A DNA stretch of 63,965 bases, filler included, from Octopus bimaculoides (Eukaryota): NCBI RefSeq assembly GCF_001194135.2. It is 7 parts of 7 records of this genome, joined end to end, with 100 filler letters (N's around TTAATTAATTAA, not from the genome) between each part and the next. Parts side by side here need not be neighbours in the genome. Positions count along the whole stretch, not along the records: positions 33,677 to 42,157 come from NC_068982.1; positions 42,258 to 50,962 come from NC_068991.1; positions 51,063 to 58,311 come from NC_068985.1; 4 more parts are not named here. One strand, given 5' to 3'. Positions 38,100 through 51,503 of this stretch are shown piece by piece; within the stretch, counting starts at the first letter, position 1, and every line of letters begins with the position of its first letter. The notes under the pieces were generated by a model. The model saw nothing but the letters and a program-made list of their open reading frames with translations, did no database searches and was not told the origin of the DNA. Position numbers and translations under genes: made by a program.

Positions 38100-38982
38100 A
38101 TATATATGTACATATATATACATATATAAATACATATGCACATACATGTATGTACACATACACACATATACATACATACCTACACACGCACGTACACACA
38201 CACACACACAAACACACGCACGCACACACACACACGTATGCATGCACATATACATAGACAAAGATGTTGTTGGCTTTCCATTTAAAACGTGACGATATTG
38301 CTGCAAGGAATTTAAGGTGAAAATACGCTTCATTGGCTCCTTGCATAAAGGTAATCAGTAAACAAACTTAAATATTTTCTTAACATTCCGAGAGAATGAC
38401 TTCTGGATATTTGCTTTCACAACAAATTGACGTACTCTTTTGTATAAAAATCAATCTTTCACAGCTATTGCAAAAGTAAACCTATGGAATTTTACTTCGG
38501 AAATAAACCTTCTATACTTGAAAAAGAAACTAGTTTATGAAGAATTTTAGTTTTCTTTTGACCAGGTTTCCTCCCAGCTACTTCTTTTCCGTAGTAACTT
38601 TAAAAGTTACCGTAGAATCATACGTGTTTTATTTTGACGGGAATCATAGAAAAAAGCTTAATGTGGTGAAGTAAGAATATGTGTACGTGTGTATATGTAT
38701 GCGTGTACGTATGTAGAAAGTAATAGACAAATATATTCTTTCATACATACATGCTTACATACACACACACACTCATATAAAAATGTGTGTCTATAGACTC
38801 GTGCACACACATACATATATGTATATATTTAAACTAATATTAAGTTGAATGCATATGTATTATATACTTTTTATTAACAAGTGGATATGCCATGTCCACA
38901 TACCAACTATTCATTTCACCATAACAAAGGTTTTAAGGTAATGTTGAGTAATATTCTATTGTTCACCTTTATATTCTTTCCA

Positions 38983-39102
38983 ACTCTAGGCACAAGGCCC
39001 GAAATTTGGGGGGAGGGTCCAGTCGATTAGGTCGACCCCAGTACGTAACTGGTACTTAATTTTTCGCCCGGCATGCTAATGTTTCTGCCAGTTCGCCGCC
39101 TT
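38983..39102 (-). mobile_element. SINE family A with an internal deletion
   Basis: The head GGCGGCGAACTGGCAGAAAC...GGGCGAAA is fused directly to AATTAAGTACCAG, so the B box is missing. Confidence 0.8.
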
Positions 39103-39442
39103 TGTTCACCTTTATATTAATATTTGAATCAATATATGAAGGTAGAGTAATAGAGCTTATTCCCACTTACCTTTCGGGTTGTTTGAAACATTAATTTCAA
39201 ATACCACATATTCTCCCTACATATAAATGTCCCGAACAAATAAACGAGTCACTACGCCGTCTTTCGAATTGCTAAGTGTAGCAGGAAGTTCTCCCCACAA
39301 ATCTCCTACTACTGTCTTCAGAAACTGAATAATGCAGTTCCTGTCATACAAGAAGACTAAATGGTTGATGCTAAAACACCTTTGGAGTCCTCTCAGTCAG
39401 CGCTGATCGAGGGCTAAATAACAACATATAAAGTTTCTTCGG

Positions 39443-40295
39443 AGCGGTGAGCTGGCAGAATCGTTAGCATATAGGTCTTTTTTTTTCTCTGAATTCAAAT
39501 CCCGCTGGGGGTCAACTTTACCTTTAATTGTTTCAGGGATGATAAAATAAGGTATAAGTTAAGTAGTGGGGTTAATGTATTCAACTACTCACTTCCCACT
39601 AAAATCGCTGTCTCTTAGCCCAAAATTTAAAACTATTATTATTTATTATTCCCCTAAATACACATTGGTGGATCAGCAGAATCGTTTGAGTGTCAGACAT
39701 ATTATTACTGTGCAGCAAGGCGGCGAACTGGCAGAATCGTTAGCACTCCGGATAAAATGCTTTATGTTCTGAGTTCAAATTCCGTCGAGGTCGATTTTTC
39801 CTTTTATCTTTTGGGGTCGATAAAATAAGTACCAGTTGTGCACTAGGGTAGATGTAATTTTCTAACACTCTCCCCGAAAAGTGTTCGCTTTTTGCCAAAA
39901 TTTGAAGCCATGTTGCTGGACAGTATCTGTTCTAAGGTTGTTTTTTTCCCTTTGTTTTACGTTCTGTTTCAAATCAAGCCAAAGTGAAGTCTGCCTTTCT
40001 TCCCTCCGAGGGCTCCATAAAATAAGGTACCAGTCAGGGACTGAGGTTGATATAATCAAATGTTTACTGTCCTCTCAAATCTCTGGCTTTCTATCGTTTT
40101 TAGAAACGATTATAATACATCAACAAAGGACAGTGGATTTGCAGAATCGATAGAGTATTTCGCAAAATACTTTGTTGTATTTAGTCACGTGTCATTTTAG
40201 ATAATGAGTTCGAATCCTACAGTGGTCAACTTTTTTATTCGATAAAATAATACCAGTGATATATTGGTGTAGGTAATCGACTGTATTAAAAAGGC
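39443..40295. mobile_element. Cluster of about four older family A SINEs in mixed orientation
   Basis: Heads at about 39443 (+), 39718 (+) and 40120 (+). A minus copy lies at about 39930-40100. Confidence 0.7.
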
Positions 40296-40328
40296 TCTCT
40301 CAACCCTTCTCAATATTGTACCCTTGTC

Positions 40329-40543
40329 AGAGCGGCAAGCTGGCAGAAACGTTAGCACGCCGGGCGAAATGCTTAGCGGTATTGCGTCTGTCTTTACGTT
40401 CTGAGTTCAAATGCCGCCGAGGTCGACTTTACCTTTCATCCTTCCGGGGTCGATAAATTAAGTACCAGTAGCATAGTGGGGTCGATCTAATCGACTGGCC
40501 CCCTCTCCAGAAATTTCGGGCCTTGTGCCTAACAGTAGAAAAG
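40329..40543 (+). mobile_element. SINE family A, full length, 17-bp TSD
   Basis: AATATT(G/C)TACCCTTGTC at 40312-40328 and 40544-40560. Confidence 0.92.
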
Positions 40544-41180
40544 AATATTCTACCCTTGTCCAATGTCAGAAATCAATACGGTGAAGAAAAGACAAAGGAA
40601 TTGTCAAATGAAAGTATGAGAGAGAAAAAAAGAGTTCTAAAGTAGCATCTGTTAGTGAAGATATCAGAAGCAAACAGAGAAGCAGCAGCAGCAGCAGCAG
40701 TGAAGCTACTGAAGCTACAGTTCTTAAATAACAGAAAGTTAGAAGGAAAAGACATCGATGCCGATGGGTTGTCATTACTAATTAATGAATGATAAATTTG
40801 AATTTCTTTTGGTTTTTACCGTCTGTTTTTTTGCTTTTTTTTTCACTTAGTTTTTTTTTTTTTTTAGTAAGAATCAACACTTTAAGACTCGTCCCTCCAA
40901 AAGTAAGACTAACTTTTCCAAGGAAATAAATAGAAAAATGGAATAGTACCTTGTGACTGTCTTTACTTTGATCTATTTGCTTATTGCTTTATTTGTGGTT
41001 CCATTAACGTAAAGAGGAAGAAAAGATTGCTATCGCTCTTGTGATAAGCAGAGGGTAAAGCATCGAGGTGTCGATTTTCACAGTAATACAGTAAATTTAG
41101 AAATGTATACATCATAAACACGCGCTAAAAACATTTTGTATATATGTATGTGTGCGTGTGTGTATGTATACATATGCATT

Positions 41181-41291
<111 letters not shown>

Positions 41292-41580
41292 GGCGGTGCC
41301 CCAGCATGGCCACAGCTCATGAGCTGAAACTAGATAAAATGAAAATGAAAAATATAATATAATTAATATANNNNNNNNNNNNNNNNNNNNNNNNNNNNNN
41401 NNNNNNNNNNNNNNNNNNNNNNNNNNNNNNNNNNNNNNNNNNNNNNNNNNNNNNNNNNNNNNNNNNNNNNNNNNNNNNNNNNNNNNNNNNNNNNNNNNNN
41501 NNNNNNNNNNNNNNNNNNNNNNNNNNNNNNNNNNNNNNNNNNNNNNNNTATATAAATATATGCATATGTGCATGGAATAT

Positions 41581-42150
41581 GAACTATTTTTTCGAACAAC
41601 GAAAGACATAAATGGAAAACAAGACAAACAACATAAAGAACGACCTTTCATCAGTTGTTGGCTGTTTTTTCTATTCTCGTATTTCGATCATTTAAAAACA
41701 ATATACGCTTTCGATAAAACAGTTGCTCCCGCAAAGCAAATTATATAAAATTTGGTATTTTGCAGAAGGTCAAAATAAGCAACACAAACAGGAAGGGTTG
41801 CTAAGCCAAAACGTGGTTGTGGTGGCGAATGCGTAAATCAACGTAGGAAAGGGGACAGACAAGAACACGTCTTCGTTGTCCTTGCTACAACGGAGAGAAA
41901 GAAAGAGACACAAGTTAGAAGAAGTAAGAAAGATGGCCGATGTTCCCGTAGGAGTCACGTGACCAATGGATAAGGATTGAGGGAGAAGGAGTGACAGGTT
42001 AATAGGAAAGAAAAGTGGAAGAAGCGTATATTGTTGTTAAATGCTCGAAATACGAGAGCAGATAAACAGCCAACAACTGATGAAGGGTCGTTCTTTATGT
42101 TGTTTGTCTTGTTTTCAATTTGTGTATTTCGTTCTTCGAAAAAATAGTTC
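41581..42150. repeat. Element with about 130-bp inverted arms and a 310-bp purine-rich core
   Basis: 41581-41710 is the reverse complement of 42022-42150 with scattered mismatches. Confidence 0.8.
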
Positions 42151-42201
42151 CTATTATNNNNNNNNNNNNNNNNNNNNNNNNNNNNNNNNNNNNNNNNNNN
42201 N

Positions 42202-42213
42202 TTAATTAATTAA
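42202..42213. other. Assembly spacer TTAATTAATTAA
   Basis: 44 N on each side. Confidence 0.95.
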
Positions 42214-43839
42214 NNNNNNNNNNNNNNNNNNNNNNNNNNNNNNNNNNNNNNNNNNNNTATATATATATATATATGCATGTATTTACATATACACACATAC
42301 GTATATTACGCAGCACACATACACTCACACACACACACACACACATACACACACATATATATGTATAGAAATACAGAAACCCCTACACACATTCACACTC
42401 AGGTAAGTGCGATGTATGTATGTATAAAAGTATGCTTGTATGTATATACATACATTGAAGCATTGCATACATAATGTACACACATATGCATATATGAATA
42501 GAATTGCATACACTGTATGTATATAAGCATGATAGCATACATATGGGTATATCTATGTATGTGTGTGTGTGTGTTTGTGTGTGGTGTGTAAGTGTACACA
42601 TGCAACATATGCGTATATATATANNNNNNNNNNNNNNNNNNNNNNNNNNNNNNNNNNNNNNNNNNNNNNNNNNNNNNNNNNNNNNNNNNNNNNNNNNNNN
42701 NNNNNNNNNNNNNNNNNNNNNNNACACACACACACACACACACATTATTATACATCGCAGCCAGACATAGACGTTGACGGTAGAATGGAGTTAAGACTCC
42801 AACGAAGATCTTCAGTAAATTGTACTATTACAAACTTAAGAACATGTATTGATTTTTGCTGTTGCTCCCTGACACAGATAATACACGTCTTCGACTTTGT
42901 CTGATGTTGGTGGTGTTGTTGCTGTTGTTGTGGTGGTGGTAGTGGTGGTAGTGGTGGCGGCGGCAGTGGTGGTGGTGGTACTTTTAGCACCGGTTCAGAC
43001 CTGATTCTGTTGTGATAATAATATATGAGCAATAGCTAACCGGCCGTGACTATCCCGTCGCTGTACCAGGCAGTATATGCGTAGATGCATATATACGTGC
43101 GTACTTATATATNNNNNNNNNNNNNNNNNNNNNNNNNNNNNNNNNNNNNNNNNNNNNNNNNNNNNNNNNNNNNNNNNNNNNNNNNNNNNNNNNNNNNNNN
43201 NNNNNNNNNNNNNNNNNNNNNNNNNNNNNNNNNNNNNNNNNNNNNNNNNNNNNNNNNNNNNNNNNNNNNNNNNNNNNNNNNNNNNNNNNNNNNNNNNNNN
43301 NNNNNNNNNNNNNNNNNNNNNNNNNNNNNNNNNNNNNNNNNNNNNNNNNNNNNNNNNNNNNNNNNNNNNNNNNNNNNNNNNNNNNNNNNNNNNNNNNNNN
43401 NNNNNNNNNNNNNNNNNNNNNNNNNNNNNNNNNNNNNNNNNNNNNNNNNNNNNNNNNNNNNNNNNNNNNNNNNNNNNNNNNNNNNNNNNNNNNNNNNNNN
43501 NNNNNNNNNNNNNNNNNNNNNNNNNNNNNNNNNNNNNNNNNNNNNNNNNNNNNNNNNNNNNNNNNNNNNNNNNNNNNNNNNNNNNNNNNNNNNNNNNNNN
43601 NNNNNNNNNNNNNNNNNNNNNNNNNNNNNNNNNNNNNNNNNNNNNNNNNNNNNNNNNNNNNNNNNNNNNNNNNNNNNNNNNNNNNNNNNNNNNNNNNNNN
43701 NNNNNNNNNNNNNNNNNNNNNNNNNNNNNNNNNNNNNNNNNNNNNNNNNNNNNNNNNNNNNNNNNNNNNNNNNNNNNNNNNNNNNNNNNNNNNNNNNNNN
43801 NNNNNNNNNNNNNNNNNNNNNNNNNNNNNNNNNNNNNNN

Positions 43840-43891
<52 letters not shown>

Positions 43892-44929
43892 CGCGTGTGT
43901 GCGTGCTAGCGCGTGTGTGCACGTGTTCATGTATATATGTGAGTATATTTCTGATAACGGTATTTAATTTGTTAAAGATAGGTTTTTCGACTGAGTGTCT
44001 TTTGATTATCGACGTTCCAGGTTTGACCATCCAGTCTGTGTTTTTCTCTGCTTTAATCAAGACATGATATCATCGTCACTGAAGCTGTTTGAAATAGCTT
44101 CGGGTAACATATTTTCTAGTTTTCTTCTGAAGCTTTATATTCTGGGTTCAAATCTTGCTGGTGTCGACTTTGCCTCTCATCACTTCTGTATTGATAAATT
44201 AAATACCAGTCATGTACTGGATCGATGCAGTCGACAAATCCCTTCCCCTAAAAATTGCCTGATTTGTATCAAAAATCAGAACGACTGCAAGATAGCTGGT
44301 TCATTAGGGCATCGCCAAAATTCCTGCTAATATTTGTATCGTCTCTCCATATTCTGAGTTCAAATCCCGCCGAGGTCTCCTTTGCACTTTATTGTTAAGG
44401 AGTCAAGCTCCGGGTTGGTAGTTTCAACTAGCACATTTCCTCATATGTCTGGCCCCGCACCTATACTAAAAATAACACAGTGGATCCCACAAAAGTCTTT
44501 CCAGTGCCAGGTGGGAATCGTGGTGTGCCGAAGGCTACAATAAATCTACCACCGTAAAAATCAGTCACACTACAATACAGTCCACCCGATAAACTGCTGC
44601 AGTACAGTTTCCGCTTCCGTTTCCGTTTATTCGATTTAGCTCAGAAAGCTTCAGTTGACTTGTTGCTCATTGTAGAAGGCACTTGCGCAGTGTGATTACA
44701 TAGTGGGATCTAACCGAGAATCACTTGCTTGCAAAGCGAATTTCTTAACAGTGCACCACTAGACTCCGTTGGACTCTATCTCCCGTCATTCACCAGAAAT
44801 AAGAAGAAAGAAATATTGGGTTAATGTAATCTTTGATGGTTGGCTTTCATGGCGGTTTTAATACCTTTTATTATCGATCTTATTGTATCCGGTCTATTTT
44901 TGGACTTGAAAACCACGACACTAATAACA

Positions 44930-45530
44930 GTGACAACAACAAAAACAACAACAGCAATGACAACAAGAATAACAATAAGCAACAACAATAACAATCACAA
45001 CAGCAATATCAACAACAGTCACAAAAAAAATAACTGCAACAGCCACCACCACCACCACCACCACTACAACTACTACTACTACAACCAACACCACCATCAT
45101 CACTACTACGCTACTATCACCACCAATACTACAACTATAAGCACTACCACCACCACCACAACCATCACCACCACCACAACCACCACCACCACCACAACTA
45201 CCACTACCACTACAACCAACACCACCACCACCACAACTACTACTACCACTACAACCAACACCACAACTACTACTACCACTACAACCAACACCACCACCAT
45301 CACTACCACGCTAATACCACCACCAATACTAGAACTATAAGCACCACCACCAAAACTGCCACCACAACTACCACTACAACCACCACCACAGCTGACACCA
45401 GATCTACCACCACTACTGCCACAGCTACCACCACTACCAATACTACAACCATAAACGCCACAACTACCACCACAACCACCACCACAACTACCACCGCAAC
45501 TACCACCATCACCACCAAAACATCAACATG
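44930..45530. repeat. (ACA/ACC/ACT)n low-complexity tract with higher-order subrepeats
   Basis: Recurring ACCACTACAACCAACACCAC. Explains the Thr-rich and Val-rich ORFs. Confidence 0.9.
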
Positions 45531-47554
45531 AACAACGCTGTTTACTCCATTCTGTAGTTGTATTTTGTCCATTCAAACTTTCTGTCTTGCTGACTCAACC
45601 AACGACACTTTGTGTGTTGTCTAGAATTTCAGCTTTGACTTCATTTAATATTGTGTCTAATTTCGACAAAGTATATAACGTAAACGGATGCGTATATACA
45701 TGCGCACGCAGCCTCTTGGAAATACCACCTCTCTCTGTCTTGCACATACATACATACATACATACATACATACATACATACATGCATGCATACATACATA
45801 CATACATACATACATACATACGTACATGCATACACATGTATATGCATGTATGTAGCATAAGAGCGTACGTGTGTATGCATGCGCGTATGCAAATACATGT
45901 ATATATAAATATATTGGTGTATGTGTCTATATGTATGTATGTACAAATATATATATAAATATATATATATATATGCATATACATACATACACACACATAC
46001 ACACACATACACACACAGTATGTATATATGTATGTACTTGTATATGTGTCTATATATATGTATACATATACATACATACACACACACAATATATATATAT
46101 ATATGCATACATACATGTATACATACATACATAAAGTAATAAATGACAAGAGAAATGGTATGATGAAATTCATATATTGTTACTTAAATATATACATTAG
46201 TATATAATATAATATTATATGATAACATCACGTTATATTATATTTATACCATGCGTATGTGCATCACCGATTTTCCGGTATCCTTGATTCCGAAGATTTA
46301 ACGGATTATTGAAACAATCGTCGCTTCGAGAGAAGGTAAACAAACACCTAGCAGAAAAACCTAACTGAATCCAAAGGAGAAGTTGAGATATAATATCATA
46401 GAATGAGCAATCTGTCTCCTGAAGTAGACACTTATCCCTCCCTCTCTTCTTCACCCCTCTCTCTCTCTTTCTCTCTTTGTAGACACATATCCGTTGGGAA
46501 AAGCAAAAGCAAATAAACAAAAAAGTAATCCTTAGCTCACTTTTAACATTCTCTGTCGTATCACATAGTCATTCTATAACTAAAAAATACGTTGGTGGGA
46601 AAAATAATCCCTGTTATTTATGTAGAATGTATAGGCTAATACCCCCTTTATTTATGCTCTGAAACCCCATGACTCAACTGCCATTGAGAAAAGATTCCCA
46701 ACTGCATTCATAGAAAATCTGATTCAAAACCGATCGTTTTTCCCCCCACACACCTCTAACAACAGCCTGTCTGCTCTCTCTCTCTCTCTTTCTGCCTCTC
46801 TCTCACTCTCTCTCCATATACACGTGTGTGTATTGGCGTATTTATATGCGCGTGTGCGTATGTGTTTGTGTGCGTCTATAACAGTAAAATCTTTCATTCC
46901 ATTCATATATTTCTTCCACGTTCTCAATTCATCTCCAGACTTATAGTATTTCATGTTCGCCATTCTTAACATCTGTAAATCCATCAACGGTTGTCTTCGC
47001 ATCGTTTTCATTCTTTTGCTGTTGTTTGTGGCTGCTGCCGATGTTGTTGCTTTTTGTTGTCGCCTTTGTTGTTGTGTCTAGGTTATGTTGTTTTGTTTTA
47101 ACTTGGAATTGGTTTCCATATTGACCGACTTCGTCTCACATTTCATCTTTGCTTCTTGCTAACTCGACAAATCTGAAGAATTTACACGAAACTTTACAAT
47201 TATGCTATAAATGTCGATTTTAAACTAACAACAACAATAATTCTTTCTAATCTAATTTTAGATACAAGGCCAGCGGATTTGAAGAGAAGGATTTAATTCA
47301 ATATCAACCGGTACTGATTTTATCGATCCTGAGTGGATGGAAGGCAAAGTCGTTCTCGGCGGAATTTGAACTCAAAACGTAATGTGTCGTTCAAAATGTC
47401 AGCAAGTATTTAATCCCACGATTGTTTTAACTGGTACTTATTTTATCGACCTATAATAAAAGGCAAAGTTGATCTTGGTGGAAGCACCAACAGGGCTTCA
47501 CTCTTTTCCCTCATAAAAAAAGGGGTCTCCTCTCCCCTGCCCTGTTTCACTGTC

Positions 47555-48095
47555 TATCTGTTTCTCTCTCTTTTTTTGTTTCTGTCTCTCTCTATTTTTT
47601 CTTCGTTCCTCTCCGTCTGTCTCTCTTTCTCTCTGTCTCTCTTTCTCTCCGTCTGTCTCTCTGTCTGTCTCTCTTTCTCTCTGTCTGTCTCTCTTTCTCT
47701 CTGTCTGTCTCTCTTTCTCTCCGTCTGTCTCTCTTTCTCTCTGTCTGTCTCTCTTTCTCTCTGTCCCTTTCCGATTCTCCCCTTCTTCCTCCGTTTCTCA
47801 ATCTCCTTCCTCGTTTCTCTCTCCCTCTCTCCTTTTCTTTCACTATCTTTCACTTCTCGCTCTCGCCCATTCTCTCTCTTACCCCCTCTCTTTTTTCTCT
47901 CGTCCTTTTTCTCTCTCCCCCTCTCTCTCTCTCTGTTTTCCTCTTTCCTTCTGTTTGTCACTCTCATTCCATTTCTCTCTCTCTCTCTCACCATTTCCCT
48001 CTCTCTCTCTCTCCCCATTTCCCTCTCTCTCCATTTCCCTCTCTCTCGTCCTTTTTCTCTCCTTCTCTCTCTCTCTGTTTTCCTCTCTCTCTCTG
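47555..48095. repeat. (TC)n pyrimidine tract with a unit of about 22-24 bp
   Basis: Recurring GTCTGTCTCTCTTTCTCTCT. Confidence 0.9.
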
Positions 48096-48439
48096 TATGT
48101 CCCTCCCCCTCTCAACTTTTATGTTGCATGTATTTTTCCCATTCGCCTCATATAATATGACTACCTACTCTTCTCCCCGCCCCCGTTATTACATTATCAA
48201 TTCTCTTCCTCTCATTTTATTAACAAAACTACTCTCTAACAAACCCTATACAAATGTTAATTCTTATTTGCTTCGGCTAACAGAATTGGACCCCAGTTCT
48301 TTACCCAGTACAATATATCTGTCAATATTTCAATCCTTTTTAACATAAAACTGTTTCGACGTCCCAGAGTAACAGTCAACAGTGTTACTTTTCTCCATTT
48401 TATCAATTATCTCTGCACCACTTCGCTTCATAAAAAAAG

Positions 48440-49130
48440 AACTGCCCCCTAGTTCGCTGGTACACCACGACTGCATGTTTTAAGAAGGCTCCTCCGTAGA
48501 GCCATAAAGGTCAGTGGTCCACTCCATGTAAAATGACTGCTCCCTAGTCCCTTCGGCTTTGTATAACTTCAGAAGCCAGTGCATCACTTAATTTAATAAG
48601 AGTGGTTGTTCCCTAGATTCTTCTGCCCCGCAAAGCCAGACAGGCTAACAAGACTGAGCTCTAGTCCATACTATTTTCTGTAGCTACACGAGGCAGTCCC
48701 TCTCTTTATGTAAAGGACTGCTCCCTAAGTCAGTCCTTGCTACTTCGTATAATCACGCACGCCAGCATTCTCACTTCATGTAAAAGGGCTACTCCCAACA
48801 CCAGTAGACAACTTCATATAACTACACAGACCACTTCATGTAACAAGATTACTCCCTATTATCTTACTGTTCCTTACAACCCCACAAGCCAGTAGACAAC
48901 TTCATATAAAAAGACTGCTTCCTAGTAACCAGCTGCTTCGTGAAGCTGCACAGGTCACTGCACCACTTAATGTAAAAGGACTGCTCCCTAGTAATTTACT
49001 GCTCCCTATAGCTACATAAGCCAGTATTCTACTTCATTTAAAAGGACTGCTCCCTAGTTTGTTCCTACTGCTTGGAAAGCTATAGATTCCAGCAGTACAA
49101 CTTATAATAGAACTGTTCCCCAGCTTATAC
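48440..49130 (+). repeat. Diverged tandem array, period about 66 bp, conserved core CACTTCATGTAAAAGGACTGCTCCCTAGT
   Basis: GACTG-type anchors at 48535, 48716, 48787, 48847, 48913, 48979, 49045 and 49111. The last four intervals are each 66 bp. Confidence 0.85.
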
Positions 49131-49174
49131 TGCTTCGCGTAGCCAGCCATCCATCCGTCCATCCATCCATCAAT

Positions 49175-49208
<34 letters not shown>

Positions 49209-49472
49209 GGCCAGACAGACAGACAGATAGACAGACGGGCCAGCATTGTCTCATATAAAAGACGACTGCTCGCAACTGCCTGCTATTACCAAGACAGGCC
49301 AACTAACTTTCGCTGTTACCAAGACCGACCTCTCCGAGACAGAATATATGAGAAGGTTCAACAGAGATGTTGGTAACTCATATTACCATTCCTTATTACA
49401 ACTGTTTGAGGTCTACTGAGCAGACCTCAAACATTCCGTAATTATCTGCAAGCGCGCACACACACACACACA

Positions 49473-49512
<40 letters not shown>

Positions 49513-49588
49513 CATATACACATGCGCACACGCACATTCACGCAATCTTCTGTGCATCACATACATACACTCACACTCACCTACAATA

Positions 49589-49751
49589 GGCAGAGGGACT
49601 GTGTGGTAAGAAGCTTGCTTCCCAACCACATGGTTCCGGGTTCAATCCCACTGCAGGGTACCTTGAGCAAATGTCTTTTTCTATAGCTTCGGGCCGACCA
49701 AAGCCTTGTGAGTGGATTTGGTTGACAGAAACAGAAAGAAGCCTGTCGTAC

Positions 49752-49800
<49 letters not shown>

Positions 49801-49859
49801 TTCCACGTCCTCACGTTGTTTTTTCTTGCTTGTTCATGTTTGGATTGACTATATACATA

Positions 49860-49891
<32 letters not shown>

Positions 49892-50122
49892 CTTGTGTCT
49901 ATGTCTGTCCCCTCATCACCGTTTGACAACATATGTTCGTGTGTATTCTTCTCCATAACTTAGCGGTTCGTAAAAAGAAGCCGATAGAATAAATATCAGG
50001 CTAAAAAATAAAAAAAAAAGTAATGTGGTCGATTCGTTACTACTAAATGTTCTTCAAGGCGGTGACCCAGCGTGACCGCAGTCTAAATGACTGAAACAAG
50101 TAAAAGATATAAGATAAAAGAT
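49589..50122 (+). mobile_element. SINE family B, full length
   Basis: Head, internal (CA)n/(TG)n, and the tail GAAACAAGTAAAAGAT. Confidence 0.85.
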
Positions 50123-50305
50123 TACAAATACAACAGATTCGAACGCGAGTAAGCTAATCGCTGCAGTGTTCGTTACAGGAAAACAACTTCTTTACGATAA
50201 CTGCGTTCGTAACACACTCACTTCAGTTTTAGCTACAATGTTATATCTCATAAGAATGTACTATCTTTCGGTCATTTTTGGACAGTTACTGAGTGTCACT
50301 TCGTA

Positions 50306-50962
50306 GGTTACGGTCACGAGGGTTCCACTTGATCTGATCAACGGGACAGCCAGTTCGTAAAATTAACGTGCAAGTGGCTGAGCACTCCACAGACAGGTGT
50401 ACCCTTAACGTAGTTCCTGGGGAGGTTCAGGATAACACAGAATATGACAAGGCTAGCCCTTTGAAATACAGGAACTACACATTTTTTGCCACTTGAGTGG
50501 ACTGGAACAGCGTGAAATAAAGAGTCTTGCTCAAGGACGAAACGCACTGCCAGTTATCGAAATCAGGAATACACTACCAGTGAACTGAATGCTCTAACCA
50601 CTAAGCCAATTGCTAAACATGTGGATGATATCTAACCACTAAGTCACGAGTTTCGATTCCCAGACCGGGCGTTGTGAGTGTTTATTGAGCGAAAACACCT
50701 AAAAGCTCCACGAGGCTCCGGCAGGGGATGGTGACGAACCCTGCTGTACTCTTCCACCACAACTTTCTCTCACTCTTACTTCCTGTTTCTGTTGTGCCTG
50801 TAATTCAAAGGGTCAGCCTTGTCACACTGTGTCACGCTGAATATCCCCGAGAACTACGTTAAAGGTACACGTGTCTGTGGAGTGCTCAGCCACTTGCACG
50901 TTAATTTCACAAGCAGGCTGTTCCGTTGATCGGATCAACTGGAACCCTCGATGTCGTAAGCG
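50306..50962. mobile_element. Head-to-head pair of family D SINEs
   Basis: 50306-50490 (minus) is the reverse complement of about 50795-50962 (plus), both sharing GGAGTGCTCAGCCACTTGCACGTTAATTT. Confidence 0.85.
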
Positions 50963-51006
50963 NNNNNNNNNNNNNNNNNNNNNNNNNNNNNNNNNNNNNN
51001 NNNNNN

Positions 51007-51018
51007 TTAATTAATTAA
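51007..51018. other. Assembly spacer TTAATTAATTAA
   Basis: 44 N on each side. Confidence 0.95.
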
Positions 51019-51096
51019 NNNNNNNNNNNNNNNNNNNNNNNNNNNNNNNNNNNNNNNNNNNNATATATATATATATATATATATATATAAACAAAC

Positions 51097-51503
51097 ATTA
51101 ATACATATCAAGATACAAAATATATATGAATATTTTTTAGCAATATAAATGTATATAAAAATATATGTAAATAGAACATACGTGGGAAAAAGTGAGGAAA
51201 AAAGAAATAGTAATTTTTTTTTCAATACTAAAATTAAAAGCGGTTAATGGTGTCTGGAACTTCAATTACTAACTTTAGAAAAACGGATTGAACTTTATGA
51301 ATTTAGTAATTGAAACTTTAGATACTCTTCACTGCTTTGAGTTTTAGTATTGAAAATATTTTTGCTAATTCTCTTTTCCTCACTTTTTTCCATATATATC
51401 AGCACGTATGTTCTATTACCTATATTTATATATATATATTTATTTATATTTATATTTAAAAAAAAATATTCCATATATAATTTATATCTCGATATGTATT
51501 AAT
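51097..51503. repeat. AT-rich foldback or MITE of about 407 bp
   Basis: Arms about 51097-51272 and 51303-51503, e.g. AATAGAACATACGTG / CACGTATGTTCTATT and TTCAATTACTAA / TTAGTAATTGAA. Confidence 0.8.

Noticed and set aside
40560-40730. Short Ser/Glu/Lys-rich reading stretch
   Set aside because: It needs a frameshift and is explained by (AGC)n and A-rich composition.
44840-45340. Thr-rich mucin-like ORF
   Set aside because: It is pure (ACN)n simple repeat, open on both strands, with no signal peptide or domain.
46724-47011. 95-aa minus-strand ORF as a host exon
   Set aside because: No recognisable domain or convincing splice pair, and it ends in simple repeats.
48440-49130. CRISPR array
   Set aside because: The linkers are related to one another, the cores are diverged, there are no cas genes, and the context is eukaryotic.
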